The position numbers and the translations under genes were made by a program. The notes under the pieces are model-generated. The model searched no databases. It had not been told where the DNA came from and worked only from the letters and a program-made list of their open reading frames with translations. DNA of 64,000 nucleotides from a virus (lineage: Duplodnaviria; Caudoviricetes): positions 1 through 64,000 of IMG/VR virus record IMGVR_UViG_3300012979_000004. One strand, 5' to 3'. Shown here piece after piece: positions 39,876-49,667 of this stretch. How positions within the stretch are numbered: the first letter of the stretch is position 1; each line of letters begins with the position of its first letter.

Positions 39876-41753
39876 ATGTGTATACGAAATTGTAGGATAG
39901 ACGTCTATGATATAGAAGTTTTTCCAAATGTATTTCACTGTTGTACAAAAAATACCGAAACTGGAGAAATAAGTAAATTTGAAATATCTGAAAGAAAAAA
40001 TCAATTAGATGAATTGGTATCATATTTTACCAATAAAGAATCAAAGATAATCTGCGGATACAACAATCATCATTATGACGATGTTATAATAAATTATATA
40101 ATAGATTATCATTCTAAACTAATTAGATTGCCATACTGGAAGATATGTAAATCTTTATTCGGTTTATCACAAACTATTGTAACAGCAGAAGATGGAGACG
40201 TTGACAGATTTAAAAAATGGAAGTATGCGCATTACTTCTATTCTATAGATTTGTTAACTATGCAATTTAGTTCTAAATTACGAGTAGGTCTAAAAGAACT
40301 TCAATTAACCATGCATTATAAAAATGTGCAGGAATATGAAGGTGATTTTGAAAACAATCTTCCTACAAATGAAATAGACAAAATGATCGCATATAATATA
40401 AACGATGTAAATTCTACAACAGAGCTATTAAACATTCTTAAAAAAGATATAGAATTACGTTTGTTTATATACGATGAATATCACATTGACGCATTGTCGA
40501 TGGATAGTGTTAAGTTTGGAGAAAAACTACTAGCAGAACGTTATTGTGAAAGCGCACGCATACCAATGCGATTGTTAAAGACAATGCGTTCACCAATGGA
40601 CAATATCCCTTTAAAAGATGTTATATTTCCATTTATAGAATATAAAAATCCAAAATTAAAAGACGTTCTCGAAGATATGAAAAGGCAAATAGTATCTTCA
40701 AAAGAACGCAAAGGCTACGAGAAGAAGTTTGTTCTCTCGAACGTGGTGTATTCAATCGGAGTTGGTGGTATACATTCAATACACGATCCAGAAATATTCC
40801 ATCCGGGACCTGACGAGTATATCGGACACAGTGATGTGGCGTCGATGTATCCGAGCTTACTGATAAAGTATGAACTTACTCCCAGACACTTAGGTAAAAC
40901 ATTTTTGAAAGTCTATTCTAAACTATATGAAGAACGAATAGAAGCAAAACATAGCGGACAGAAACTTAAGAATCTTGCCTTAAAATTGACTCTTAACTCT
41001 GTTACGGGGAAAATGCAAGAAGAAACAAGTTGGATGTACGACCCATTTAACGTTTTCAAAATACGTATTAACGGACAGTTGATACTATTGATGTTGGTGG
41101 ATCGTTTGCTGGAACTTAATTGTAAGATTGTACAAGTAAATACAGATGGTGTTGTTTATATCGCTAAGAAAACCGCTTCTGAGGCCATTCAGGGGGCTAT
41201 TTCAGAAGTAGAGCGTATAACACAACTTGTTTTTGAAAGCGACAACTATGAGGCGTTTTATCAATACGCAATCAACGATTATTTTGGAGTTGTTGAGGGT
41301 TATTCGCAATCTAATGACCCTAAATTGATAGAAAAGAAAGGAATGTTTATCACTGAAACAAAAATAGGTAAAGGACTAGCACCGGTTATTATACCTAAAG
41401 CAGTGATTAATTATTTCTTAACAAAACAGCCTGTATCTGAATATATCAGACAGCAGACCGATATAAAAGATTTCTTAATGGCACAAAGAGTCAATAAGAA
41501 ATTCAAAGTCCGACACGGCAATCAATTTGTACAACGTATAAATCGATATTATGCTAGCACAAACGGTTATTCACTTTATAAAGTAGATTCAGACGGTAGT
41601 GAAACAAACATGTTAACTAAATCTGGAGTAACAATACTTAATAAAATGGACGACTTAAATATACAAGACAGGCATATAAATTATAACTATTATATAAGCG
41701 AAGCTAATAAGATAGTATATGATTTAGCTTGTCAACAATTAACTCTATTTTAA
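39876..41753 (+). CDS. DNA polymerase family B
   Basis: Exonuclease motif YDIEVF; polymerase motifs DVASMYPS, KLTLNSVTG, VNTDG. Confidence 0.92.
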   Translation: MCIRNCRIDVYDIEVFPNVFHCCTKNTETGEISKFEISERKNQLDELVSYFTNKESKIICGYNNHHYDDVIINYIIDYHSKLIRLPYWKICKSLFGLSQTIVTAEDGDVDRFKKWKYAHYFYSIDLLTMQFSSKLRVGLKELQLTMHYKNVQEYEGDFENNLPTNEIDKMIAYNINDVNSTTELLNILKKDIELRLFIYDEYHIDALSMDSVKFGEKLLAERYCESARIPMRLLKTMRSPMDNIPLKDVIFPFIEYKNPKLKDVLEDMKRQIVSSKERKGYEKKFVLSNVVYSIGVGGIHSIHDPEIFHPGPDEYIGHSDVASMYPSLLIKYELTPRHLGKTFLKVYSKLYEERIEAKHSGQKLKNLALKLTLNSVTGKMQEETSWMYDPFNVFKIRINGQLILLMLVDRLLELNCKIVQVNTDGVVYIAKKTASEAIQGAISEVERITQLVFESDNYEAFYQYAINDYFGVVEGYSQSNDPKLIEKKGMFITETKIGKGLAPVIIPKAVINYFLTKQPVSEYIRQQTDIKDFLMAQRVNKKFKVRHGNQFVQRINRYYASTNGYSLYKVDSDGSETNMLTKSGVTILNKMDDLNIQDRHINYNYYISEANKIVYDLACQQLTLF

Positions 41754-41784
41754 TAACCAACTTGCTAACCTAAGAGTATAAGAG

Positions 41785-42348
41785 ATGATTATTGAAGTAA
41801 ATACAAAACTCTTGCACATGCAAGAAAACATCAATCTGAATCAACTATTCTTCTTAAGTACTGTATTGGATAAGAATCAAAAAACTAATCAAGACGTCCG
41901 CAAGATTGTCAGCCTAATTAGCGACGACGAAATACAGTATTTAATAAATCAGAATCTAATCTCTTCAACTGTAGAAAGAGATGCTATTATATATCGGCCA
42001 ACAGAAAAATTAACAAATTTCTTAAAGCCATCTAAGACTTATTTTGAAGTCTTTAAAGATATATACCCATCATATGTTACACGACCAGATGGTTCGAAAG
42101 GATACCTACAAACCAATATAAACAAATGTCGTCATTTATTTGATCTGTATACAGGATTAAGTGAAGCGATGGCACAGCATTTAATTGATTGTCTTACATT
42201 TGAGATAAACAAGAAGATGAATACTGGTAAAATAGGATATATGAAAACTATGTATAAATGGTTAATAGAACATCAATGGGAAGAATCTGAAGCGGAAATG
42301 CAAGATGAAAGTAAAACAACATCAGCATATGGAACAGAACTCGTTTAA
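41785..42348 (+). CDS. Replication-associated protein (putative helicase loader or initiator)
   Basis: 187 aa between PolB and DnaB. Confidence 0.55.
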   Translation: MIIEVNTKLLHMQENINLNQLFFLSTVLDKNQKTNQDVRKIVSLISDDEIQYLINQNLISSTVERDAIIYRPTEKLTNFLKPSKTYFEVFKDIYPSYVTRPDGSKGYLQTNINKCRHLFDLYTGLSEAMAQHLIDCLTFEINKKMNTGKIGYMKTMYKWLIEHQWEESEAEMQDESKTTSAYGTELV

Positions 42349-43252
42349 AATAAAATCTATGCGAGACGTGACTCAAGAAGCAATCTCGTATATAGCTGGA
42401 AGAAGAGAACATAATATAGTCTCTTTAAAGACCAGATGGAATAAGTTTAACAAACAGTGTATGGGAGGAATTGAACCAAATACTGTTTATACCATAGCAG
42501 GCATTTCTGGAAGCGGAAAGAGTTCTATTGTAAACTCTATTCAAGTTGATTTAATTGATCTGAATCCTTCAGAAGAGATAATCATTTTATGTTTTTCATT
42601 AGAAATGGTTGGATTTAGGCAGGTCGGAAGAGTACTTTCTAACAGATTAAGAAAGACAACTTCTACCCTGTATAGTGCGGAAACGGACCTCGATGACAAG
42701 ACATTTAAAGAAGTCATCTATGTATCCAATCAGCTAAAGGAATACCCAATCTACTTTGTAGACAATCCCGGTACTCCCAAGCAAACAGAAGAGATTATCA
42801 ATAATTTCTATGAACAGTATGTAAAAAATACAAACAAACATTTTGTAATCACATATGACCATACTCTTTTGACAAAACAAGTTGGATCTATTATAGAAAC
42901 AATTAGTGAATTAGAACGAGTATTTATACAAGCCAAAAAATATCCTTTGACTTCAGTCATACAAATTGCACAAATGAACAGAAACATAGAGCAACCTGAA
43001 CGGATTAACAACCCTTCGTCACACTATCCTATGAGAAGTGACATAAGTTCATCAGACGCTGTGTTTCAAGGTAGCGATTACGTATTTGTAATACACAGAC
43101 CAGAAACATTAGGTATTCAAGAATACGGACCAAGTCATTTGCCAACAGAAAACAAGGTTTATTTACACTTAATGAAAAACAGAGACGCAGGTAAACCTTG
43201 TATACTTGAATTCGAGAACGATCTTGCGTACAATAATATTATTGAAACATAA
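42329..43252 (+). CDS. DnaB-like replicative helicase
   Basis: AGISGSGKS, FSLEM, AQMNR, KNRDAG. Confidence 0.9.
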   Translation: MEQNSFKIKSMRDVTQEAISYIAGRREHNIVSLKTRWNKFNKQCMGGIEPNTVYTIAGISGSGKSSIVNSIQVDLIDLNPSEEIIILCFSLEMVGFRQVGRVLSNRLRKTTSTLYSAETDLDDKTFKEVIYVSNQLKEYPIYFVDNPGTPKQTEEIINNFYEQYVKNTNKHFVITYDHTLLTKQVGSIIETISELERVFIQAKKYPLTSVIQIAQMNRNIEQPERINNPSSHYPMRSDISSSDAVFQGSDYVFVIHRPETLGIQEYGPSHLPTENKVYLHLMKNRDAGKPCILEFENDLAYNNIIET

Positions 43253-43288
43253 GCGTTAAGTATTAACAAAAAAATATTTTGGCTGACT

Positions 43289-43780
43289 ATGACAAAGACA
43301 ACTTTTAAGATTACTAACAATAATTCTAACAACAATACAACATTTCCCATCACAAACTATTCTACGTTGCTTGATAACATTATTGCTACTAATATAGCAA
43401 AGACGAACAAGTATCTGTTTGATGATGGATCTTCGGATTTCTATACATTGTTGTTGAACGACTCTGCAAAGAAGCATACTTGTAATCTGTGTTGCCTCAC
43501 AAACAATAACGATAAGTTTACCAAAGCTGCAAACTTTATTGCTAACTATGGCAAGAATAAGGGTACAAAGCTGCCAATCAGTTTTGGTAAGATTTATAAG
43601 CTGTTAGATGGTACACCCATTGCTTTTTATGAAGATGAAATTCAGATCGGCATGGATTTGTACGCATACAGCGATTTTAAGGACATTACGTTCTTGAATT
43701 CTTTGCCTAAGAAGACAAAGAATATCATCATTAACATCTTCAATGCTAACGCAAAGAACATTGAGATTAACATCAACTAA
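43289..43780 (+). CDS. Hypothetical Asn-rich protein
   Basis: 163-aa ORF. Confidence 0.7.
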   Translation: MTKTTFKITNNNSNNNTTFPITNYSTLLDNIIATNIAKTNKYLFDDGSSDFYTLLLNDSAKKHTCNLCCLTNNNDKFTKAANFIANYGKNKGTKLPISFGKIYKLLDGTPIAFYEDEIQIGMDLYAYSDFKDITFLNSLPKKTKNIIINIFNANAKNIEININ

Positions 43781-43795
43781 AGTCTAAGAACTAAT

Positions 43796-44539
43796 ATGAT
43801 AGTACTACCTACATCTAAAGTCCAAGCAACTTCTACAAATCCGCAATATTTGATTTTATATGGATTGCCAAAAGCCGGTAAGACATCAGCAGTTGCGCAA
43901 CTGGAAAATAATCTTATTGTAGACCTCGAAGGCGGATCCAAATTCATTGACGCACTTGCCGTACAAGCTCGTACAATCAACGATTTAGGAGAAATTGCAC
44001 AAGCCATTAGAGCTAAGAATGCAGAAGTAGGACATAATTTTTATAAACACATTACAATAGACAATGCCACCAGATTAGAAGACATTTGTATGAGCTATGC
44101 ATGTAGTTTGTATCGTAAAACTGAACTAGGGAAGAACTGGAAAGGAGACGATGTAACAACTCTTGCAAGAGGAGCTGGTTATAAATACCTAAGAGATGCC
44201 GTTAAAAAGGTAATCGACATGTTTAAAGAGCTTTGTGATGAATTCATCTTAATTGGACATGTTAAAGATTCTCTAACAGAAAAAGACGGACAAGAAGTTT
44301 CAGCAAAAGAAATAGACCTTGTTGGAAAACTAGGTAAAATCATTTGCGGAATGGCCGATGCTGTTGGATACGTCTATCGAAAAGACAACGAAACACATAT
44401 TAGTTTTAAGTCTGGAGGAGATGGAACAATCATGGAAGCCCGCGCAAGACATATTGCTGGACAAGATGTCGTTATTGCAACTGGAAACCCAGATGGATCT
44501 ATAACAACTCATTGGGAACGTGTTTATAAACCAGAATAA
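43796..44539 (+). CDS. Sak4-like AAA_24 ATPase/recombinase
   Basis: YGLPKAGKT, DLEGGS, ITIDN, ILIGH. Confidence 0.85.
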   Translation: MIVLPTSKVQATSTNPQYLILYGLPKAGKTSAVAQLENNLIVDLEGGSKFIDALAVQARTINDLGEIAQAIRAKNAEVGHNFYKHITIDNATRLEDICMSYACSLYRKTELGKNWKGDDVTTLARGAGYKYLRDAVKKVIDMFKELCDEFILIGHVKDSLTEKDGQEVSAKEIDLVGKLGKIICGMADAVGYVYRKDNETHISFKSGGDGTIMEARARHIAGQDVVIATGNPDGSITTHWERVYKPE

Positions 44540-44564
44540 TAAGAACTAAAAGTCAAAGGAAATT

Positions 44565-45188
44565 ATGTATAGTACAAAAACAGCAACAACAAACAATAAT
44601 GAGTTTAATAGCTCATATATGCCCGTAGGTATCAACGATAACGTAAACTTGAGTGCAGTAAACGTACTTAAATCACAGCAAGGACGTGACTATATTGAGT
44701 TTGTATTTACAAACGAAAATGGTCAAACTGCATCATTTACGGAATGGAAGAATGAGAAAAACATGTGGATCAAAACTGACGAAGATTTACAACGTCGTGA
44801 CGATCAGCAGTTTGGTCGAATTCTTCAAATTATAAACTGTTTTTATGACAAAACTCCAGAATTTGAGGGAGCAAGCTTCTTTGAAATGATCAATTGGGTA
44901 AAGGCAAAACTTGACCAATTTATCAACAGCAACCTTCCTAAAAAGGATTTACGTCTTAAGGTAGTTTATGACAAAAAGGGATATACAAAAGTATCATCTC
45001 TTGGCGTATACGTTGAGCCTATGAGTATAGAAAAGTCTCAAATTAAGCTTTGGAAGAACGATCTTCTTGAGCGACCCGTCGTAGCCGATAAGGAAGACGA
45101 TCCGCTTGTTGCAGCAGCTAATGAAGCATTACTGTTGAACACTCCGGTAAATGAGACAACTACAGGTGCTGACGACCTTCCGTTCTGA
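44565..45188 (+). CDS. Single-stranded DNA-binding protein
   Basis: Follows Sak4; acidic tail ADDLPF. Confidence 0.7.
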   Translation: MYSTKTATTNNNEFNSSYMPVGINDNVNLSAVNVLKSQQGRDYIEFVFTNENGQTASFTEWKNEKNMWIKTDEDLQRRDDQQFGRILQIINCFYDKTPEFEGASFFEMINWVKAKLDQFINSNLPKKDLRLKVVYDKKGYTKVSSLGVYVEPMSIEKSQIKLWKNDLLERPVVADKEDDPLVAAANEALLLNTPVNETTTGADDLPF

Positions 45189-45243
45189 CAATATTTCAGT
45201 AACGACTAATGGTCAGTGGTGGAGGAATCTAGTGATTCCCTGG

Positions 45244-45286
45244 AGCATGTAAGGAACGTTGAGGGGTTCGATTCCCCTCCATGCTA
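45244..45286 (+). ncRNA. Mini tRNA-like element (acceptor stem and T arm)
   Basis: AGCATG-TAAGGAACGTT-GAGGGG-TTCGATT-CCCCTC-CATGCT-A. Confidence 0.6.
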
Positions 45287-45292
45287 CAAATA

Positions 45293-45396
45293 GCGGTGTC
45301 AGGATGTTGTGAAACATATGACAAGATAGGTTTTCTAATTTCAGGCATTTTCGACTCATTTTTCCTATCTGTTTGGTTCGATTCCAAACGACCGCA
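45293..45396 (+). ncRNA. tRNA-like RNA with expanded pyrimidine-rich loop
   Basis: GCGGT/ACCGC-A acceptor; GTTTGG-TTCGATT-CCAAAC T arm; AGATAGG/CCTATCT arm with a ~33-nt loop. Confidence 0.55.
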
Positions 45397-45592
45397 CAAC
45401 AGTTACTTGAAGTGAGAAAGCCTTGGAAGACGTATAGTACGAGGTAAATAGAATAGTAACACTCCTTGGTAGACTCACTACGCGAAGGAGGGCGCAGGAA
45501 AGATACCTGCAACGAAAGAGTGCCAAATAGATCAAATCTCTTTCACTCAGCACACAAGATAGGAGATGAACGCCCTTGCGTGTGCTGTTTAT

Positions 45593-45666
45593 GGACTTGT
45601 AGCTCAGTTGGTTAGAGCAACAGACTCATAATCTGGAGGTCCCTGGTTCAAGCCCAGGCTGGTCCA
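45593..45666 (+). tRNA. tRNA with anticodon CAU (probably Ile2, possibly Met)
   Basis: Canonical cloverleaf GGACTTG...CT-CAT-AA...CTGGTCC-A. Confidence 0.9.
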
Positions 45667-45695
45667 CAACTATAACAATAAAGAGCTATAAGCCT

Positions 45696-46673
45696 ATGTA
45701 TAGTACAAAAACAGCGATCACAATGAGTCTGAAAGACTTATTAGAAAAAGTTGATGACTATGCAATATATTCCTACTATCTTGGAGAATTTAAGATAGGA
45801 CAATTAATGAATAGTCCATTAAGATCTAACGATAAGATGCCATCTTTCGCTGTATTTAAAGGTAGAAATGGTGTATTGTTATTTAAAGATCATGGGACAG
45901 GAGAATATGGTAATGCTCTTAAATTCATGAAATTGTATAAAGGAATACAAACAAGAGATGAATTAGAACGAGAACTGTTGCGCATCGTCCGAAAAATGAA
46001 TCCTATGCGTGGTGAGGTAAAACCAACATACACGAAAACGGTGGATTTAGGGCCAACAGATATTGGAATAGTTCGTCAACCATTCACAGAAGTAGATAAA
46101 AGATATTGGAAGCAATTTCATATATCTTTAGACACTTTACGAAAGTTTAATGTTTTTAGTATAAAATACTTTCTTTGTAATAGAGTCGTCAGAGGAACCT
46201 ACAAAGAAGCTAATCCTATGTATGCATATAAAGTGTATGATAAATTTAAAATATATCGTCCACTAGCCTCTAAGTATACTAAATGGCGTACCAATTTGAC
46301 AAATAGGCACGTTCAGGGTTTAGCCGAGTTGCCTAAAGAGGGTGGTAATCTCTTAATCATTACGAAATCTTTAAAAGACGTAATGTGTTTATATGAGATG
46401 GGGTTTTATGCTATATCTCCTTCAAGTGAAACAACATTTATTCCAAATGATATATTACAATCACTAAAGAATAAATGGAAAAACATTGTTATACTGTTCG
46501 ATAGAGATAAAACAGGAATGTTAAAGGCTAGAGAATATAGTAAACAGTATAAGTTTGATGCATTGTTTGTCAATAAGAAATTTAATGCAAAAGACATATC
46601 TGATGCAATTATGTATAACACATTCATTCAAGTTAGAACCTGGATGATAAAAGAAACTGAAAAATATTTATGA
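45696..46673 (+). CDS. DnaG-like primase
   Basis: SPLR..DKMPSF..FKDHG N-terminal region; TOPRIM motifs IITKSLKDV and LFDRD. Confidence 0.85.
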   Translation: MYSTKTAITMSLKDLLEKVDDYAIYSYYLGEFKIGQLMNSPLRSNDKMPSFAVFKGRNGVLLFKDHGTGEYGNALKFMKLYKGIQTRDELERELLRIVRKMNPMRGEVKPTYTKTVDLGPTDIGIVRQPFTEVDKRYWKQFHISLDTLRKFNVFSIKYFLCNRVVRGTYKEANPMYAYKVYDKFKIYRPLASKYTKWRTNLTNRHVQGLAELPKEGGNLLIITKSLKDVMCLYEMGFYAISPSSETTFIPNDILQSLKNKWKNIVILFDRDKTGMLKAREYSKQYKFDALFVNKKFNAKDISDAIMYNTFIQVRTWMIKETEKYL

Positions 46674-46918
46674 TTGAAACTTTGATTCTAGGCACATTAG
46701 CCGTTGTAGCAAGTGCCATCGTTGGATATTTTTGCGGTAAAATAAAATCAGACAACCTACGTTGCAAATACAATGGTTGGGAATTCACTGCGTTTAAAGG
46801 AAACATTACAGATCGATTCTATTTTGATATTCAAAAAGATGAACAACGTATAACTTTAGTTTTTGATTACAATACTGGAAAAGTTAGTATTGATATAACA
46901 AAAGAGATCGATGAATAA
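46670..46918 (+). CDS. Small membrane-anchored protein
   Basis: 82 aa with N-terminal TM segment. Confidence 0.6.
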   Translation: MIETLILGTLAVVASAIVGYFCGKIKSDNLRCKYNGWEFTAFKGNITDRFYFDIQKDEQRITLVFDYNTGKVSIDITKEIDE

Positions 46919-47291
46919 CGGTAAAGTGAAAAATGCGACAAAGGTCGATAAGTATGGGCTACATTTTCGTAGCAAACTCGAATGCTATACTTATGAAGCT
47001 TTTATGAAAGCTGGAATACCAGTTAAATATGAGCCAAAGCATTTCACATTACTTCCTAAGTTCGAGTATTTAGGGGAAAAATTACGTCCTATAACATATC
47101 TTCCAGACTTTATTGGTAAAGGTTTTGTAGTAGAATGTAAAGGTCTCATTGGAGATTCTTTTCCTCTTAGATATAAACTGTTTAAGTATTATCTAAAAAG
47201 GCACAACAGTAAAATGAAGTGCTATCTTGTTAGAAATCATAAACAGGTAGATGAAATGATTGAAGAACTATTAAGTCAAAAGAAATCATGA
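46911..47291 (+). CDS. PD-(D/E)xK endonuclease (T7 endonuclease I/DUF1064-like)
   Basis: FRSKLE...YEP...YLPDF...VECKG. Confidence 0.8.
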   Translation: MNNGKVKNATKVDKYGLHFRSKLECYTYEAFMKAGIPVKYEPKHFTLLPKFEYLGEKLRPITYLPDFIGKGFVVECKGLIGDSFPLRYKLFKYYLKRHNSKMKCYLVRNHKQVDEMIEELLSQKKS

Positions 47292-48073
47292 CGACAAATT
47301 TTCTAAAAGTAGGTGATAAGATTATGTTTAAACCGTCTACAGACGGGTTAGATTATGAATTAGAATGCGGAAAAACATACAATGTAAAATATAATCGTTT
47401 TACAGGTGACATTCTGTTTGAACCAGCACGTATGTTTACGTTACCACCTAAAATATATAACACTGAAAAAGATATTGCGTTTATCGATAAGATTACAAAT
47501 CGATATAGTAATATCAACGATGGTGTATTAGGTGTAATGCTATCTGGTTTAAAAGGTAGTGGAAAAACAGTTACATTGAAACAAATAGCATTAAAATCAA
47601 ATTTACCAATTGTATTGTTGGATAATGAATTTCCAGAATATAAATATAAATCCTTATTTCAAGGATTGGTAAATACAGAGGTATGCTTTGTATTTGATGA
47701 ATTGGATAAAGCAAATAATCATTTTAATATGGGAGATTTACTACAAGTATTAGATGGAATGAATACGGTAGGTAAAAAACTCATGTTGTTTGCATGTAAC
47801 GATGAAACAAAAATAAACCAATTCTTGGTTGATCGATGTTCCCGCGTTCGATATTGGAAACGTTTTGAAAAAATGTCAGAAGAAGCAATTCTACAAGTAG
47901 TTGAAGATAAAATCGAAGACAAAGAAAAAGCAATGGAGGTTGGTATATTTATATATAACAACTTCAAATGTGCTAGCTTTGATAATATTTTATCATTTAT
48001 AGACGAAATTAAAGCATTTCCGAACGAACAATTAAAAGATTTGTTCGAAGATATGAATCTAACAAAGAAATGA
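47288..48073 (+). CDS. AAA+ ATPase
   Basis: GLKGSGKT, FVFDELDK, DRCSRVRY. Confidence 0.85.
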   Translation: MTTNFLKVGDKIMFKPSTDGLDYELECGKTYNVKYNRFTGDILFEPARMFTLPPKIYNTEKDIAFIDKITNRYSNINDGVLGVMLSGLKGSGKTVTLKQIALKSNLPIVLLDNEFPEYKYKSLFQGLVNTEVCFVFDELDKANNHFNMGDLLQVLDGMNTVGKKLMLFACNDETKINQFLVDRCSRVRYWKRFEKMSEEAILQVVEDKIEDKEKAMEVGIFIYNNFKCASFDNILSFIDEIKAFPNEQLKDLFEDMNLTKK

Positions 48074-49071
48074 TGGATTTAAGCATACCTTATTACTCAG
48101 ATTTTTCGCGCATCAGTAACTCAAATGTAGGTTGGTTTATAAAAAAAGGACCAACTTATCTACATAAGATGCTCACAGATCCACCTCCAGAGGAAAAAAA
48201 TAGTACTCTGGAGCGTGGAACTATGATACATTCTTATTTGCTACAACCCGAAGAGTTCCAAAAAGACTATGTAGTCTGGGACAAACGTAGACCATCTTCT
48301 GCTCAGCAGGAAAAGTTCTGTCAGGAGTTAGCAACTAGCCTTGAAATAGAGCCGAATAAGGCCGTTCTAAGCGCATATAAAGCATCTTATAGTACAACTA
48401 ACAAGTCCGAAGAGAAAATGCTCTCAGAGGGCCTTAAAATAGCTTCTGAGCTATCTGAATATATTCAATTCTTAAAATCCAATGATAGTCGAAAGATGAT
48501 TGGAGTTTGGGATGTTAAAATGTTAGAAACTATCTCACAAAACATTAACGATCATAAACTTGCATGGAAAATTATTAACCCTCCTGAGGTAAATGAAAAT
48601 GGTGAAAATCATCATGAATTTCATATAAATTGGGAGTATGAAACACTCGATCAAGGTACGATAAAATGTAAATCATTACTTGACGGTTTTACTATTGATT
48701 TTAAAAGCAAAACGATAACTATATACGATTTGAAAACTACAGCTAAATTATGGCATTTTGAAGACAGTATGTTAGAATATGACTACTGTCGTCAATTGAT
48801 GTATTATAAAATGGCAGTAGAATGGTATATGTTGAATGAAAGAAATGTTGATGTTTACGATGGTTGGAAATTTATATTTTATGTCATAGGTATAGATACA
48901 GTAGAAGATTACTCTATACGTGTATTCGAAATACCATTTGCTAATATTGCAGAACGTGAATATACTATAATACAAGCGTTAAATAATATTGCATGGCATC
49001 AAAATACAAGTAAATGGAGACATTCTAAAGAATATTACAGTAACAACGGAAGCGAAAAATTAAACTTATAA
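48070..49071 (+). CDS. RecE/DUF3799-like PD-(D/E)xK exonuclease
   Basis: ISNS, GTMIH, KSLLD, DLKTT, YCRQLMYY. Confidence 0.8.
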   Translation: MMDLSIPYYSDFSRISNSNVGWFIKKGPTYLHKMLTDPPPEEKNSTLERGTMIHSYLLQPEEFQKDYVVWDKRRPSSAQQEKFCQELATSLEIEPNKAVLSAYKASYSTTNKSEEKMLSEGLKIASELSEYIQFLKSNDSRKMIGVWDVKMLETISQNINDHKLAWKIINPPEVNENGENHHEFHINWEYETLDQGTIKCKSLLDGFTIDFKSKTITIYDLKTTAKLWHFEDSMLEYDYCRQLMYYKMAVEWYMLNERNVDVYDGWKFIFYVIGIDTVEDYSIRVFEIPFANIAEREYTIIQALNNIAWHQNTSKWRHSKEYYSNNGSEKLNL

Positions 49072-49085
49072 GAATCTTTGAATCA

Positions 49086-49601
49086 GTGAGTTTACATTTT
49101 AAGTTAATAATACCACTATTAGACAATTCTATAACAAAAAACAATTTAAGTACTAAAGCTGGATTTGTAGATGCATTTTCTGCAGATATAAATAGGCCAT
49201 ATCTCGATAATCATATATTTTTATTATATGCATACAATGTGTTAACGAATGAAGCTTTTGATACTTATAAAAAACTAAAAAGCGCAAAAGGATTATACGG
49301 TGTATATAAGTTTAAAATAAAAGGAATCCCATTTATTATGTTTGCTTTTACAATAACAAATAAAACTATTAAAAATATAATGAGTGGAGCAGTAGCATTA
49401 AGTGATGTAGAAAAAATGCGAGTTTTTGCATTTTGGAATTTGCAAGATTCTGATATAAATAGATATATGCTAAATTCAACATATGCTTGGAATAGTAAGT
49501 TTGTTAATAATGTGATCCCAGAAGAAGATTATCAACCAGATACTGAAATCTTCTGGGATAAAAAAAGCGGAGCACTCCAATACAGGAGTGTCCCGCTTTA
49601 A
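49086..49601 (+). CDS. Hypothetical protein
   Basis: 171-aa ORF, last gene of the rightward block. Confidence 0.65.
   Translation: MSLHFKLIIPLLDNSITKNNLSTKAGFVDAFSADINRPYLDNHIFLLYAYNVLTNEAFDTYKKLKSAKGLYGVYKFKIKGIPFIMFAFTITNKTIKNIMSGAVALSDVEKMRVFAFWNLQDSDINRYMLNSTYAWNSKFVNNVIPEEDYQPDTEIFWDKKSGALQYRSVPL
49564..49599. terminator. Bidirectional terminator between the convergent modules
   Basis: AAAGCGGAGCACTCC...GGAGTGTCCCGCTTT hairpin flanked by A and T runs. Confidence 0.6.
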
Positions 49602-49667
49602 TTCTTTATACGCATAATCCATCGTGACGATAGATCGGGATGCCAGAAGATAAATTAGAAAGACAAA

